NCBI GenBank assembly: GCA_964016885.1
Contig: OZ024743.1
Span: 223,572,001 to 223,636,000, forward strand
Length of the DNA: 64,000 bases
Source: Eledone cirrhosa
Lineage: Eukaryota
Reading direction: 5' to 3'
Shown here: positions 11,895 through 25,277 of the stretch, one piece after another
Layout of the letters: each line of letters starts with the position of its first letter
How positions within the stretch are numbered: the stretch's first letter is position 1
Position numbers and translations under genes: made by a program
Notes under the pieces: generated by a model
Seen by the model: only the letters and a program-made list of their open reading frames with translations
Databases searched by the model: none
What the model was told of the DNA's origin: nothing

Positions 11895-13160
11895 ATGCCC
11901 CTAGGAATTCCTGTATGCTGATGATCTAACTTTCATAGCTGAATCTATGGCAGAACTAGAGAAAAAATTCCTGACTGGGAAGCATAATCTGCAATCAAAA
12001 GGTCTTAAAGTCCTTGGCAAAGACAAAAGTTCTAGTAAGTAGAAAGGAAAACAAGGCCCTGATTCCTTCTGGGAAATGGCCCTGGTCAGTGTGCATGAGA
12101 GAGGAGGGTAGAAATTCCATTGTCTGTCATAAATGCAAACTATGGGTACACAACAGATGTAGTGAGATCTCAGGTAGGCTAACAAAGAATGTAGGTTTTA
12201 CATGTAGGCATTGCACAGGAGCAGTAAGCAGCAAACACATTCACAGGAAATAAACTTTATCAGTTGACAGTTTCTGTTACCTGGGTGACAAAATTAGCAG
12301 TGGAGGTGGGAGTTCTGAAAGTACACTAGTGAGAGTGAGAATGAGATGGAAAAGGTTCAGGGAGCTACTACAAAAGCTTTTTCCCTTAAAATAAAGGAAA
12401 GATTGTAATATACACCACTTCTTCCACCGCTCCTCTATATAGTACTGCAGAAGACCCATGTGCAAGAGATGAAGCAGCCATGATGATGATGATCTAGTAA
12501 TTTCTAGTATGCACCACTTATCCTCTTCTCCCTTCCATACACCTTCCACATCTTAACACTCCACCCCTCACTAGCTAAGTACCCCACCCTAGACCTACCT
12601 CTTCAACCCCTATCTTCCATCTCGCCACTTCCACTTTCCACATCTGACCCTCTCTCTTGACCAACAAGCTTGGAAAGATGAACATGCTCTCCCATAATAC
12701 TGTTGAAGTGGCAAATGGCTAATAGCTCTCAGTCCACCCTGTAAGGTGGTCATGCTGATGACACAACAAAAGCCTCTGGTTCACCTTGTAAGGTGATCAT
12801 ATGGGTGACACAACAAAAGCCTCTAGCCCACCCTGTAAGGTGTAGACAAGTTGGTGACACGACAAAAGCGCCAAGTCCACCCTGTAGTGTGGTCGTGCTA
12901 GCAATATGACAATAAATGCTCAGTCCACCCTGTAATTGGAGTCATAACAAAAAGTGCCCAATCCACACAGTAAAGTGGTTGTTTTTGGTGCCATGATAAA
13001 AAGCACCCAACACACATTATAAATGAGACTGGCATTAGGAAGGGTATCCAACCGTAGAAACCAAGCCCAAATCAGTTCTGTATGAGCAAGATAGTCATTT
13101 GATTGGCTTGTCTCACAATGGGCAACTCATCTAATCCACCCTAGTGTGGAAAAATGGATG
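11895..13160 (+). mobile_element. Decayed RTE LINE with internal deletion and tandemly repeated 3' UTR motif
   Basis: CTGTATGCTGATGATCTA (LYADDL); ORF 12014 with KTKVLVS...GKWPWSVC...CHKCKLWVHNRC; a roughly 44-bp repeat (CCACCCTGTAAGGTG...) at 12730-13030; (GAT)n-like end. Confidence 0.75.
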
Positions 13161-13872
13161 TTATACGATGATAATGATGAAACTACATAAACTAGTTTCA
13201 TTAACAGATACATTTGGTTGCATGTTTGAGTATATGTCTGTATTTGTTTATTATATGACACAACTGTCATAAAGCTGTTAGTTATAAATATCCTCTATAA
13301 AGGGTGTGGTTGAGTCAATGATTGGTGTTACTAGGAATTCGTTATTTAACCCACTTCTTCTCGTGTTCTAAAAATGCTTTCAATTCTATGAAGTTAAAAG
13401 TTAATAAGGACAGCACATGTAAGGTGCCTGTGACTCAGATTTGAACTTGAAGACATGAAAGTTTTAAGCTTTATCTTCTGCTCCTACGAATTTGCTAACT
13501 TATTGCCTCTCCTGTCCGACTAAACATATTTGCCAATGAAATATTTTCTACATGGTCATTATACCTGCTAGAAACAGCAGTCAAATAACCTTGAAATTAC
13601 ACCCTATTGCTTTAAGAAAAGGAAAAATACACTGGATAATATAATTCTAGATATACTTCATTTGAAAATAATGCCATCTTCCGCCATTACTTCCAGTGTC
13701 TTATTCTTTACTGTTTCTGAAATCCTGTACTATATACCTTCATCAATATTACCCCAACTTCATGATGTATCCTTCTAAAACCTAGTCTTGCTTACACCCC
13801 ACCTCTCTTTCTCTAACAACACATAAGAATACCATCCTCTTTAATCCCACCCAGTTGTCATTATCTTTTAAT

Positions 13873-15356
13873 GTAGAGTGATGGACCCTTCACTCTTTCC
13901 TCCTCTGAATTTAGTGAAGAATTTAGCGTAAAAGTTGGTGTTCATCAGGGCTCTGTCCTTAGCCCCTCCTATTTATTATTGCCCTTCAGGCTATAACAGA
14001 GGAGTTCAAGACCAACTGCCCATGGGAACTTCTATATGCAGATGATCTAACGCTCATAGCTGAATCGATGGCTGAACTAGAGAAGACATTCCAAACATGG
14101 AAGCATAGCCTAGAATCAAAAGCCTTAAAGTTAACTTGTCTAAGACTAAAGTTCTAGTATGTAGGAAGGAAAATAGGGCACAGGTCCCCTCTGGGAAATG
14201 GCCATGCTCAGTGTGTAGGAAAGGAGTAGGCAGAAATTCCATTTTATGGGTGCATAAAAGATGTAGTGGGATCACAGGTAAGCTATCTAAGAACGTAGAT
14301 TTTATATGTGGCCGGTGCTCAGGTGCAATAAGTAGCAAGTGCCCACAGGATACTAGCTCCTTCTATTGCCCAGATGGCTCTATAGAAATAGTGGACACCT
14401 TCCGTTACCTGGGTGACAAAATCAGCAGTGGTGGAGGGTGCTCTGAAGTATAGCAGCCAGAGTCAGAACGGGATGGAAAAAGTTCAGAGAGCTTATACCA
14501 CTATTGGCCACTAAAGGTTTCTCTCTAAAAATGAAAAGCAGACTGTGTGATGCCTGCATACGAACAGCTATGTTACATGGCAGTGAGACATGGGCATTGT
14601 GTGCAGAGGATCTGTGCAGACTGGAGAGGAATGAAGCATGCATGCTCTGCTGGATGTGTAATAGTAATATACGTGAACAGCAAAGCATAAATGAACTAAG
14701 TGAGAAATTAGGTATAAGAGGGATCAGATGCTGTTTACTCGAGAGAAGACTACGTTGGTACGGTCATGTGATGCGCTTGAAACACGACAGCTGTATAAAA
14801 AAGTGCAGGGCGATCAAAATTGACGGAAGTTACGGAGTAGGCAGACCCAGAAAAAACCTGGGACGACTTGATAAATTCCGACCTTACACACTTACACCTC
14901 TCTAAGACAATGTCACTGGACCGAGATCTTTGGCGCTACGCAGTAATACAGAAGACCCGCCTTGCCTAAGTACAAGGCGAAACCTACAGGCAGTAGGCAC
15001 CTCTTAATCAATACACTCCCATCCCACTCCCCCAACCCCACCGCATCAACACCACACCTTTTTCTGTAAAGTTATGTTGGTACCACAACATTCAGTCCTA
15101 AATAAACGATGTCGTGTAGGTGTCACGACAAAAAAAACACACAGTCCACGCTGTAATGTGGCCGTGTAGGTAACACGGTAAAAACCTCCCAGTCCACACT
15201 GTAAACGTGGTTAGTGCTAGGAAGGGCATCCAGCCATAGAAAACCTGCCAGACAGTCCTATACGAGCGAGACGACCAATCTTGCCTCACGTGGGACAATT
15301 TCCGTCTAAACCCATGCTAGCGTGGAAGATAGACGTTAAACGATGATGATGATGAT
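13873..15356 (+). mobile_element. 5'-truncated RTE LINE (RT core to 3' tail, frameshifted)
   Basis: VGVHQGSVLSP, LLYADDL, FRYLG, HGSETW, RRLRWYGHV; ends GACGTTAAAC(GAT)n. Confidence 0.92.
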
Positions 15357-15959
15357 TATATTTACTAGAGGACAGTCGTTGCGAAAATTTGCAGCATTAT
15401 AGCAAAGACTTTCATTTTTAAAGAAACGAATTTTAAAATAAGCAATCATTATATATAAGAATATTTATGTTTAATCAATAGCTACGAAATTTAGTACAAA
15501 AATTGTGTAATATTCATTCATTATTTATTCTGACTTTGCCTTTCATCCTTACGGGGTCGATAAAATAAAGTACCAGTAATGCACTGGGTAATTTGCTGGC
15601 CTTGTGCCTAAAGTAGAAACAATTATTTATTCAAAGTAATCTAACTTATTTTACTAACGGGATAAAAAAAAATATATTCAGGATGCAGTCCCACACTCCT
15701 CCCTTTATTATATTATGTTACAAAAGAAAAGGACCAAGGAATAAATATTAAACCAAAAAGGGTGCTACTAGATCTTTGCTTGATTAGCTAGAAATAGCAG
15801 CCAAGTTTCCCTTAATTTCACAACTACCATCTTTAAAAAAGGATGAATATCTTGGATAATATAATCCTAGATACATTATGTCTGAAAAAACCCCCAAAAT
15901 GACATGATCAATGAAATACTTTAGGTTATAGGACTTGTTAAACTCTAACAACAATAACA

Positions 15960-16465
15960 GGCATGTGAATGTATGTGAATATGTGTGTTTGTATGTGTGT
16001 ATGTGTGTAAATGTATACTTAAGCATGTGTGTGTGTGTAAATGTATACTTAAGCATGTGTGTGTGTGTGTGTAAATGATTGCTTAAGCATGTGTGTGTAT
16101 ACATGTATACTTAAGCATGCGTTTGTGTAAATGAGTGCTTAAGTATGTGTGTAAATGTGTGCTTAAGCATGTGTGTGTATAAATGTATACTTAAGCATGT
16201 GTGTGTGTAAATGAGTGCTTAAGTATCTGTGTGTGTAAATGTGTGCTTAAGCATGTGTGTGTAAATGTGTGCTTAAGCATATGTGTGTGTAAATGTGTGC
16301 TTAAGCATGTGTGTGTGTAAATGTGTGCTTAAGCATGTGTGTGTGTAAATGTGTGCTTAAGCATGTGTGTGTGTAAATGTATGTAAGTGTATGAGTGTAA
16401 ATATGTGCTTAAGCATGTGTGTGTATATAAGTGTGTAAATGTATGTAAGTGTATGAGTGTGTGTA
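15960..16465. repeat. Minisatellite, unit about 26-34 bp (AAGCATGTGTGTGTGTAAATGTGTGCTT)
   Basis: More than a dozen CTTAAGCATG-anchored units with variable (TG)n. Confidence 0.9.
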
Positions 16466-16593
16466 ATTTTCCAGCAGAAGTCAATTTGTTTTCATTGGGG
16501 AAGAATACTTTGCAATCAAGAATAATTAAAGTAATTAAGTTTAATGTATAATAATTGTTTCTGTTGGTACAAGGCCACTGATTTGCAGAGGCA

Positions 16594-16648
<55 letters not shown>

Positions 16649-16909
16649 AAAAAATGTAACAAAATTTCATTTCTCACTCTTAGTACGGCTGTTACTTAAA
16701 TATAAGTATGTATACGTACATACATATATGTATACAGACGTACAGTAGTATGTATATATATACATACATGCACACATATATATATATGCACGTATGGATT
16801 TACCGAACATTTATTATAATGCTCGGGTTGTTTGTAAACAAACATCCCGAATTAAGCCGTACAGTTTTTAGCAGCCATCATTGCCCTTTTGTTCAACACT
16901 GACAAAGGA

Positions 16910-16952
16910 ACGATGTACTAGTTTCAAGCTTATTAGCTATCGTCAGCACCGT
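16910..16952 (-). ncRNA. Type I hammerhead ribozyme in a single retrozyme-like monomer (about 16646-17050)
   Basis: - strand reads ACGGUG CUGACGA U AGCU AAUA AGCU U GAAA CUAG UA CAUCGU: 6-bp stem I, canonical core, palindromic stem III (ACUAGU), GUA cleavage triplet; U.U at the base of stem II. Confidence 0.8.
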
Positions 16953-17072
16953 ATACCTTCCTGCCAGATGATTAAACGTCTGAAAGCATATACTTTCCTT
17001 ATGCATATTAACGGATGAGCAGCCTAATTTGCATATCGAGTGAGTTGCATATGTGTGCATGTATGTATATAT

Positions 17073-17246
17073 ATAGTAAAGGCTTTACCTCACATAACAT
17101 TCACATTACTCTATATATACTATTATATTCTCATAGTAAAGGCTTTACCTCACATAACATTCACATTACTCTATATATACTATTATATTCTCATAGTAAA
17201 GGCTTTATCTCACATAACATTCACATTACTCTATATATACTATTAT
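17073..17246. repeat. 60-bp tandem repeat, about 3 copies
   Basis: ATAGTAAAGGCTTTACCTCACATAACATTCACATTACTCTATATATACTATTATATTCTC repeated. Confidence 0.95.
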
Positions 17247-17665
17247 GTATGTATGTATGAAAATGGCAACAAGGAAGGTCGCTTGACCACGTCTTGACCG
17301 AACAAAATATAATATTTTCACCAAAAACTGCCCTTTAAACACATGTCAGATGGATTACAATATTCATTATTACAACTACTTTCACTGTTCCCTGACAACT
17401 AGTACCAGTTTCAAGATAGAATTATTTTAACGAAGTATATATAATTTGACTTGATTTTCGCCAACAAACCACGTGTGGACATGGACGGGGAAAAAAGGGA
17501 AAAAAAAACAAAACAAATCACTACATCCCTTAAGGATCGCAGTAAGTACTCCACAAAACATATAAACAACAATATATTCCCTTCTCTGCTCTGAGAAGGG
17601 AAGTTGCAGGAATAGAGGCAAGCATTCGGGTAGGACCCCACAATGAGGGGTTTTATCGGAATGCC

Positions 17666-18169
17666 TTGCTAAAGAATCTCCCTGTACCTCTTGCTGAAAA
17701 GACTGCGGAATCTGCTACCTATGAAGTGATTGCCATCGGGGTACCAGAGGACAAGGCTGATTTTCAGGCATTTGCTGCCAGCTCAGCCAAAGACCTAGGC
17801 TGTGTTCCCCCAAAGGGTGCCCTCCGCCTTGGTCGACCTGGTCCAAAACCCAGACTCATCAGGCTGTCTTTCTCGGACCCCGCAGAGGCAACCTCATATC
17901 ATCTGGCCTCTGCTAAAGCTGGGCGTGAAAATCGGATTACCTTCCGAACACGCCCAGGCCTACCATCCCATGTACGTCCAAAGCTACGTGCTGCAGCTTC
18001 CTTGAATCGGAACTCAGCACAAGATGAAAGTTTCAGTCTGCGTGATGATGGGCAGATCTGGAGGTTTGTCAAGGCTGGTGAAACGTGGAAGAGAGATACC
18101 AGCTGGTCTGAGTGTGAGCTACCCACAATAACTGGCAATGTAAAAACTGCTACAACTCTGGGAAACTAA
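17666..18169 (+). pseudogene. LINE ORF1 (C-terminal part)
   Basis: IGVPE and RLG...KPRLIRLSF motifs typical of L1/CR1/L2-type ORF1 RRM region; lies directly upstream of ORF2. Confidence 0.7.
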
Positions 18170-18225
18170 ACCAGAACAACCTGCCACCCTCTACACACCA
18201 TCATAAACTGCGAGCAGGGTACAAA

Positions 18226-20972
18226 TTGTTGTCCTTAAATGCTCGCAGTTTATGCAAAAAGATACATCTATTCGAATCCTACGTCAGAAGCATCGACCCT
18301 GACTTCATCACAGTCACGGAAACATGGGCACATTCCTTACTCTGTGATGGGGTTTTCACCATTACTGGGTACAACCTTTTCCGCAAGGACCGCATTAACC
18401 GCCGTGGTGGTGTGATGGTCTACGTTCGTTCAAACTTTTCGGTAATTCCTTGCGTTGATTTGAACGAATCACAGGAAGAAGTTTTTTTCTGTGACATACG
18501 TATGACCATGTCAACACTTCTGCTTGGTGTTGTTTATCGCCCCCCAAACTACCATCAGGACACACAGCTTTGCGATATCCTCAGAGTTGCTGCCAAGAAA
18601 ACAGCCACTTATGTGTTTATTGCAGGTGACTTCAATCATCCTGAGATCGATTGGGAAACCTTTCGTTGGCCACAGGGTGCAAACGATTTCCTTGAACTAG
18701 TGCTGGACTCAAACTGGTCACAAGTAGTCACCTCTCCAACAAGAGGTGACAACACTTTGGACCTGATCTTCACCACTACTCCTGAAGTGGTTATCAGTTG
18801 TACTACTGAGGAACCTCTAGGCGACTCTGATCATGCTATGATCATTGCCAATCTGGCACTTGAGGGCAGCAACAAAAACCAGAGCCATCTCCAATCTGCT
18901 TGCTTTGATTGGAAGAGGGCGGATTGGAACTTGTACTGCACTGAGCTACAGCGCCCAAACTGGCATGAGATGTATAACTCTGGAGATGTGAACTCTATAC
19001 TCCAGAGCATCCTGGACTCAATATGGATAGCGTGTGCAGCATCAGTGCCACGGAAGCGGAAAAATAACCAAAAGTGCAATCTGGGAAACTTCAGCGGTCC
19101 GACTTGCCAGGAAAGAACGTCGGAACGCTGAACAGGAATATAAACTGCATAGATCAGATGCCAACAGAAAAAAGCGGAATAAATCTTCTAACCATCTCAA
19201 GCAAGTGACAAAGAAGGCAGTGCTTGAATTTGAACAGTGCATCGCAACCAATCCTGACAGTAAGGTGTTCTGGAAATATGTTCATTCAAAGCAGAGACCT
19301 CACTCTCCAGTTGGTCCTCTTTGCAATCCCCACACAAGCCAGATCACTGACGATCCCAAGGAATGCGCAGAACTCATTGCTGAGTGCTATGCAAGTATTT
19401 TTACGGTTGAAAACCAGAATGTACCATCTCCACCATCTCTAACATCAAATTCCATAACAACTATGGAATTTACACCTGCAATGTTGCGACGTCACCTTAA
19501 GAATAAGTGCAACTATGCCTCCCCTGGTCTTGATGGTGTGACATACCTGCTTCTCAAACGTGGCGGGGATTTCCTTTTGCGCCAGCTTTCTTTTTTCTTT
19601 CAATACTGTCTCAGCAATGGTGCTACTCCGGAGCAGTGGAAAACTGCCAGTGTCATTCCCCTGTTCAAAAAGGGCAACCGCATGTCACCTGTCAACTATC
19701 GTCCAGTCAGTCTTACTAGCTGTATGGCCAAACTGATGGAATCCTGTGTCAGAGAAACACTTTGGAACTTCTGGAGCTCTCACAGCCTCATCCGGCCCTC
19801 ACAGTTTGGATTTATCCCTAACTCCAGCTGCTGTGATCAGCTTATCGAGTTCCTTGAGGACATCACCCGGATCACTGACAGCGGCTCATGGGTGGATGTT
19901 GTTTACCTTGACTTTGCTAAGGCTTTTAATTCTGTGCCACACAAAAGACTTATGGCAAAACTCTCTGCAATGGGTGTGAGGGATGATCTTTTCGACTGGC
20001 TGAAATCCTTCATTCTCAGCCGAAAGGAAGTAGTCACGGTTCTAGGACAGCATTCTTCACCATATGAGATGTCATCTGGTGTACCACAGGGATCTGTTCT
20101 TGGTCCTCTTTTGTTTGTGGCATATATTAATGACATAGATGCCAACTTACAGAATGCCACGGTACTAAAATATGCAGATGACATCAAGCTGTACCTTGAA
20201 ATCAAAAGGACTGATCCTGAAATTTACAACTCTTTCCTACAGTCAGACCTGGACACAATGCAGCAATGGATCACAGACTGGCAACTGAAGCTGGCTGTGG
20301 ACAAGTGTACCACCATGCATTTTGGAAGGGAAAAATCCAGCGTCCACATACTCCCTCCACAACACTGACATCAAAAAGTCCTCTTGTGAACGTGACCTGG
20401 GCATTACTGTCAGCAACGATTTGCGTTGGACAAAGCATGTCAAGAAGGCCGAGGGTGTCTTGGCATCACTCAGCAAGACCTTTGTTAGCCGCTCTCCAGC
20501 CATCTATTTAAAACTGTATACAGCTATGGTGCGACCACACTTGGAATTCGCATCATCAGTCTGGAACCCCTATCTTGCTCGGAACATTGACCTCCTGGAA
20601 ACTGTTCAGAGACGTGCAACCAAGCGCATACCCTCCATCAGACACCTACCATACTCTGAACGCCTTGCTTCCCTGGGCATGGATACATTGAAGCTCCGAC
20701 GTCTGGCAATGGACTTGGTGAATACCCACAAAGTTTTTAACCATCTCGCCAACTGCAACCCTGAGCGCCTCTTTGATCTCCATGTGTCTAACACACGTGG
20801 ACATGCCTACAAGATAAGAAAACAGCACAGCTCCCATGACTTTCGCAGACATTTTTTCATGCTCAGAGTTGCTGAAGCATGGAACAAACTGCCTGCGTCA
20901 ATTGTTAGCTGCCGAGACACTGCATCCTTTAAGACACTCATGCTTCCCGAAATACGCCAAAACTACACCTGA
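18226..20972 (+). pseudogene. LINE ORF2 (apurinic-like endonuclease + reverse transcriptase), two frameshifts
   Basis: NARS, VTETW, YRPP, GDFN, LDL, SDH (APE); NYRPVSL, YLDFAKAF, GVPQGSVLGP, YADD (RT); TRGHAYK and FF-RV---WNKLP (CR1 C-terminus). Split into ORFs 18226, 19034 and 20322, with breaks near 19070 and the homopolymer run near 20330. Confidence 0.92.
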
Positions 20973-21261
20973 TGTACCCCTTCCATACACATGCACACAT
21001 GTGTGTATCATGACTCGTGCACTGTTCATTTTACTGATGTTTGTGCATTGCCCTATGTACTGTACATGCACTTTTTTGATGAGTTGTGGTGCACCTGGGC
21101 ACTGTACACAATATTTCATGATTGTTATTGTATCATGACTCATACACTGTTCATTTTCCTGACATTTGTACATTATTCTATGTACTATACATGCACCTTT
21201 GATGAGTTGTAGTGCACCTGAGCACTGTACACAATAATTTCATTATTATATATATATATAC

Positions 21262-21607
21262 ATGGAGGCACATGGCTTAGTGGTTAGAGCATTGGCCTTG
21301 CAATCGAAAGGTTGTGAGTTCAATTCTCAGACTGGGTGATGTGTTGTTTCCTTGAGCAAGACACTTTATTTCACATTGCTCCAGTTTACTCAGCTGTAGA
21401 AATGAGATGATAGGGACTGGGGTCCCTATCATTCCACTGTAAAGTGGTCGTGTAGGCGCCACGGAAAAAAAGCACCCAGCACTCACTGTAAATGAGGTTG
21501 GTGTTAGGAAGGGCATCCAGCTGTAGAAATCAAGCCAGAATCAGTTCCCGTCCCACCCTTGCAAGCAGGGAAAAAGCGGATATAAAATGGAATGATGATG
21601 ATGATGA
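21262..21607 (+). mobile_element. tRNA-derived SINE with RTE-derived tail
   Basis: A box TGGCTTAGTGG, B box GAGTTCAATTC, central TCCTTGAGCAAGACACTT, then GGTGTTAGGAAGGGCATCCAG shared with the RTE 3' UTR and (GAT)n. Confidence 0.8.
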
Positions 21608-21837
21608 TACATACTACTGTACGTCTGTATACATTTATGTATGTACGTATACATACTTTTATATATATATACATATATATATAGATATATACATATATAT
21701 ACATATATACATATATATACATATATACATATATATAGAGATATATAGATATATACATATATATATATATAGATATATACATATATATATTAGTGAAAAA
21801 GAACAAAGGAACTATTATGACATTATAACAAGTTTAT

Positions 21838-21884
21838 TGCCGACAGCCGTTTCGTCCGACCCCATGGTGGGACTTATCAAGGCA
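21838..21884 (-). ncRNA. Type I hammerhead ribozyme, U3-A8 core variant, near the end of an insert (about 21790-22715) between TA microsatellites
   Basis: - strand reads UGCC UUGAUAA GUCC(CACCAUGGGGUC)GGAC GAAA CGGCUG UC GGCA. Confidence 0.72.
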
Positions 21885-22715
21885 TATAACATGTGATTGC
21901 AAGATCATTGTTTACATCAACGTATCACTCAAGGCTAGCAGTTTGAAATTGTTGTATACATCAGCAACTCCGCTTGTATAGTTGGGGTGAATATTCTAAG
22001 GGGGGCTCTTTTATATTAGTTGTCAGGGTCAGGGATTGAAGTTTAAAAATTAGACAAAAATATATAATTTACGCATCAACATTAAACTAAAAGACTTGGG
22101 GTCCCGTAGAAGCACCTTAGAAAATCCCTCAATGAGTGCATAAAGCTTACAGGCTCCATAAACCTATTAGACTAGAAGAAAATTAAGAGGCTAATAAAAT
22201 AAGAAAATAAAAATATAAAGTTTCCCTAAAAAATATATAAAGTTCCTATGAAATTTCTTCTAGAGAAAAAAAATTTTTTCCGAAAGAAAAAAACCTTCTT
22301 CCCCCGAGATCACGTTTACAAAATTCAGAAAACTGAATTGAAAACTAATCAATTAGAAGTTAATTCAGAGAGCCTTCCATAAATCTCTCAGAAAAGGCCC
22401 CTTTAATATTTCCAATAGGAACTTCTTCCGAGAGACACTTCGAAGAATTAAAATTTTAGAGAGCCTTTAAGGATAAATATAAAAACGAATTGAGGAAAAT
22501 TATACATTAAAAGTTAAAAATTAAAAATTACGGTATTTGGGATATCCAAGGAATTTTCAAAAGGCTGCTTCAACAGATACAACTTAGGCATAATAGATAC
22601 AATAATTTAAGTAATTTAATTAGGGAGCAATTCAAGGAGTTTATCAAGTTGGGCAAGATTAAAGAAAGTCAGACGTGATCATCGCGATTCACATATGACC
22701 TACCATACATCTTAC

Positions 22716-24851
22716 ATATATATATATATATATAGATATATACATATATATATATATAGATATATACATATATATATAGATATATACATATATATATAGA
22801 TATATACATATATATATAGATATATACATATATATATAGATATATACATATATATATAGATATATACATATATATACATATATATATAGATAAAAACCTA
22901 CTACAGTCAGTAGGCATCTCTATCAACCCCCCCCCCCCCCCCCGTCCCACCACCTCCACCCCATCCACACCGTCCCTTTCAATGTAAAGTTATGTTGGTC
23001 CCACAACATCCAGGCCGAAACAAATGAGATCGTGTAGGTGTCACGACAAAAAAACACACAGTCCACGCTGTAATGTGGCCGTGTAGGCAACATGGTAAAA
23101 ACCTTCCAGCCCCACACTGTAAATGTGGTTGGTGTTAGGAAGGGCATCCAACTGTAGAAAACCCGCCAGACAGTCCTATGCGAGCAAGACAACCACTCTT
23201 GCCTCAAGTGGGAAAACCCCCGTCCAAACCCATGCAAGCGTGGAACACGGACGCTAAACCTGATGATGATGCTGATGATACACATATATATACATATATA
23301 TAGATATATACATATATATACATATATATATAGATATATACATATATATATAGATATATACATATATATACATATATATATAGATATATACATAAATATA
23401 GATATATATACATATATATACAGACATATACATATATACATATATATACAGATATATACATATATATACAGATATATACATACATATACAGATATATACA
23501 TATATATACAGATATATACATATATATACAGATATATACATATATATACATATATATATACATATATATATATAGATATATACATATATATATATAGATA
23601 TATACATATATATATATAGATATATACATATATATATATAGATATATACATATATATATAGATATATACATATATATATAGATATATACATATATATATA
23701 GATATATACATATATATATAGATATATACATATACATATAGATATATACATATATATATAGATATATACATATATATATAGATATATACATATATATATA
23801 GATATATACATATATATATAGATATATACATATATATATAGATATATACATATATATAGAGATATATACATATATATAGAGATATATACATATATATATA
23901 GATATATACATATATATATAGATATATACATATATATATAGATATATACATATATATATAGATATATACATATATATATAGATATATACATATATATATA
24001 GATATATACATATATATATAGATATATACATATATATATATAGATATATACATATATATATAAATATATACATATATACATATATATAGATATATATATA
24101 CATATATATAGATATATATATACATATATATACATATATATACATATATATACATATATATACATATATATATACATATATATATATATACATATATATA
24201 TAGATATATACATATATATATAGATATATACATATATATATAGATATATACATATATATATAGATATATACATATATATATAGATATAAACATATATATA
24301 TAGATATAAACATATATATATATAGATATAAACATATATATATATAGATATAAACATATATATATATATATAGATATAAACATATATATATATAGATATA
24401 AACATATATATATATAGATATAAACATATATATATAGATATATACATATATATATAGATATAAACATATATATATAGATATAAACATATATACAAATATA
24501 TATAGATATATACATATATACACATATATATACATATATAGATATATATACATATATACACATATATACACATATATATACATATATATACATATATACA
24601 CATATATATACACATATATATACACATATATATACACATATATACACATATATACATATATATACATATATACACATATATACACATATATACATATATA
24701 TACATATATACACATATATACATATATATACATATATACATATATACATATATAGATATATACATATATACATATATACATATATAGATATATACATATA
24801 TATATAGATATATAGATATATACATATATATATAGATATATACATATATAT
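22716..24851. repeat. Compound TA-rich microsatellite (TAGATATATACATATATATA)n, interrupted by an RTE tail
   Basis: Direct inspection; the same motif resumes in the same orientation at 40960-41177. Confidence 0.95.
22894..23279 (+). mobile_element. RTE LINE 3' UTR fragment
   Basis: Highly similar to 4125-4516; (GAT)n-like tail. Confidence 0.88.
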
Positions 24852-25147
24852 ATAAAAACAAATAACGAAACGAAATTAAATTTCGTTTCATTTGTAACTC
24901 ACTTTTGTATGACTGACGCTTAAACAATTAAGTTAAAGATGTACATCCATATATGTATACTGAAATACTAGTATGTATATGAATACACACACGTATACAT
25001 ATGTAGATGTACCAAGTTTTTTCACTGGTCACTTTACTGCGAGTGGCCAGCTATTCTGTATGTAAACACACAGACAAACCGGTTTTTAGAGTCATACTGG
25101 TTTTTGAGGAAACACCTTTCCTCTATTCTCTAGAAAGCCAGACAAGG

Positions 25148-25192
25148 AATATTGAACTAGTTTCGTTGTTGTTACAACTCATCAGCAATATT
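25148..25192 (-). ncRNA. Minimal type I hammerhead ribozyme, first of 22 left-arm copies (every 467 bp)
   Basis: Reverse complement of 35090-35134. Confidence 0.9.
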
Positions 25193-25277
25193 TACCTATC
25201 TTCCGGCCTCTCTAGAGAATCGTAAAAGCACATATCGCTATATGCTTTTTCTATGAAAATTAGTAGTGGGCATACTA

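Larger units (their letters stand above)
17250..21250 (+). mobile_element. Near full-length CR1-clade LINE (5' boundary approximate)
   Basis: ORF1 remnant plus APE-RT ORF2; the 3' UTR has an internal duplication of about 120 bp and ends TTTCATTATTAT. Confidence 0.85.

Noticed and set aside
21262-21335. tRNA gene
   Set aside because: A and B boxes are present but the cloverleaf is degenerate and continues into SINE body and RTE tail; the same applies at 58750-58822.
22923-24927. Long Tyr/Ile ORFs here and at 8.0-8.5 kb and 43-47 kb
   Set aside because: Artefacts of (TA)n microsatellites.
25007-25225. 72-aa ORF (MYQVFSLV...) repeated 35 times
   Set aside because: No recognisable domain, lies antisense to the ribozyme, and its identity across copies just reflects the DNA repeat. 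An ORF this short is expected by chance; not called as a gene.
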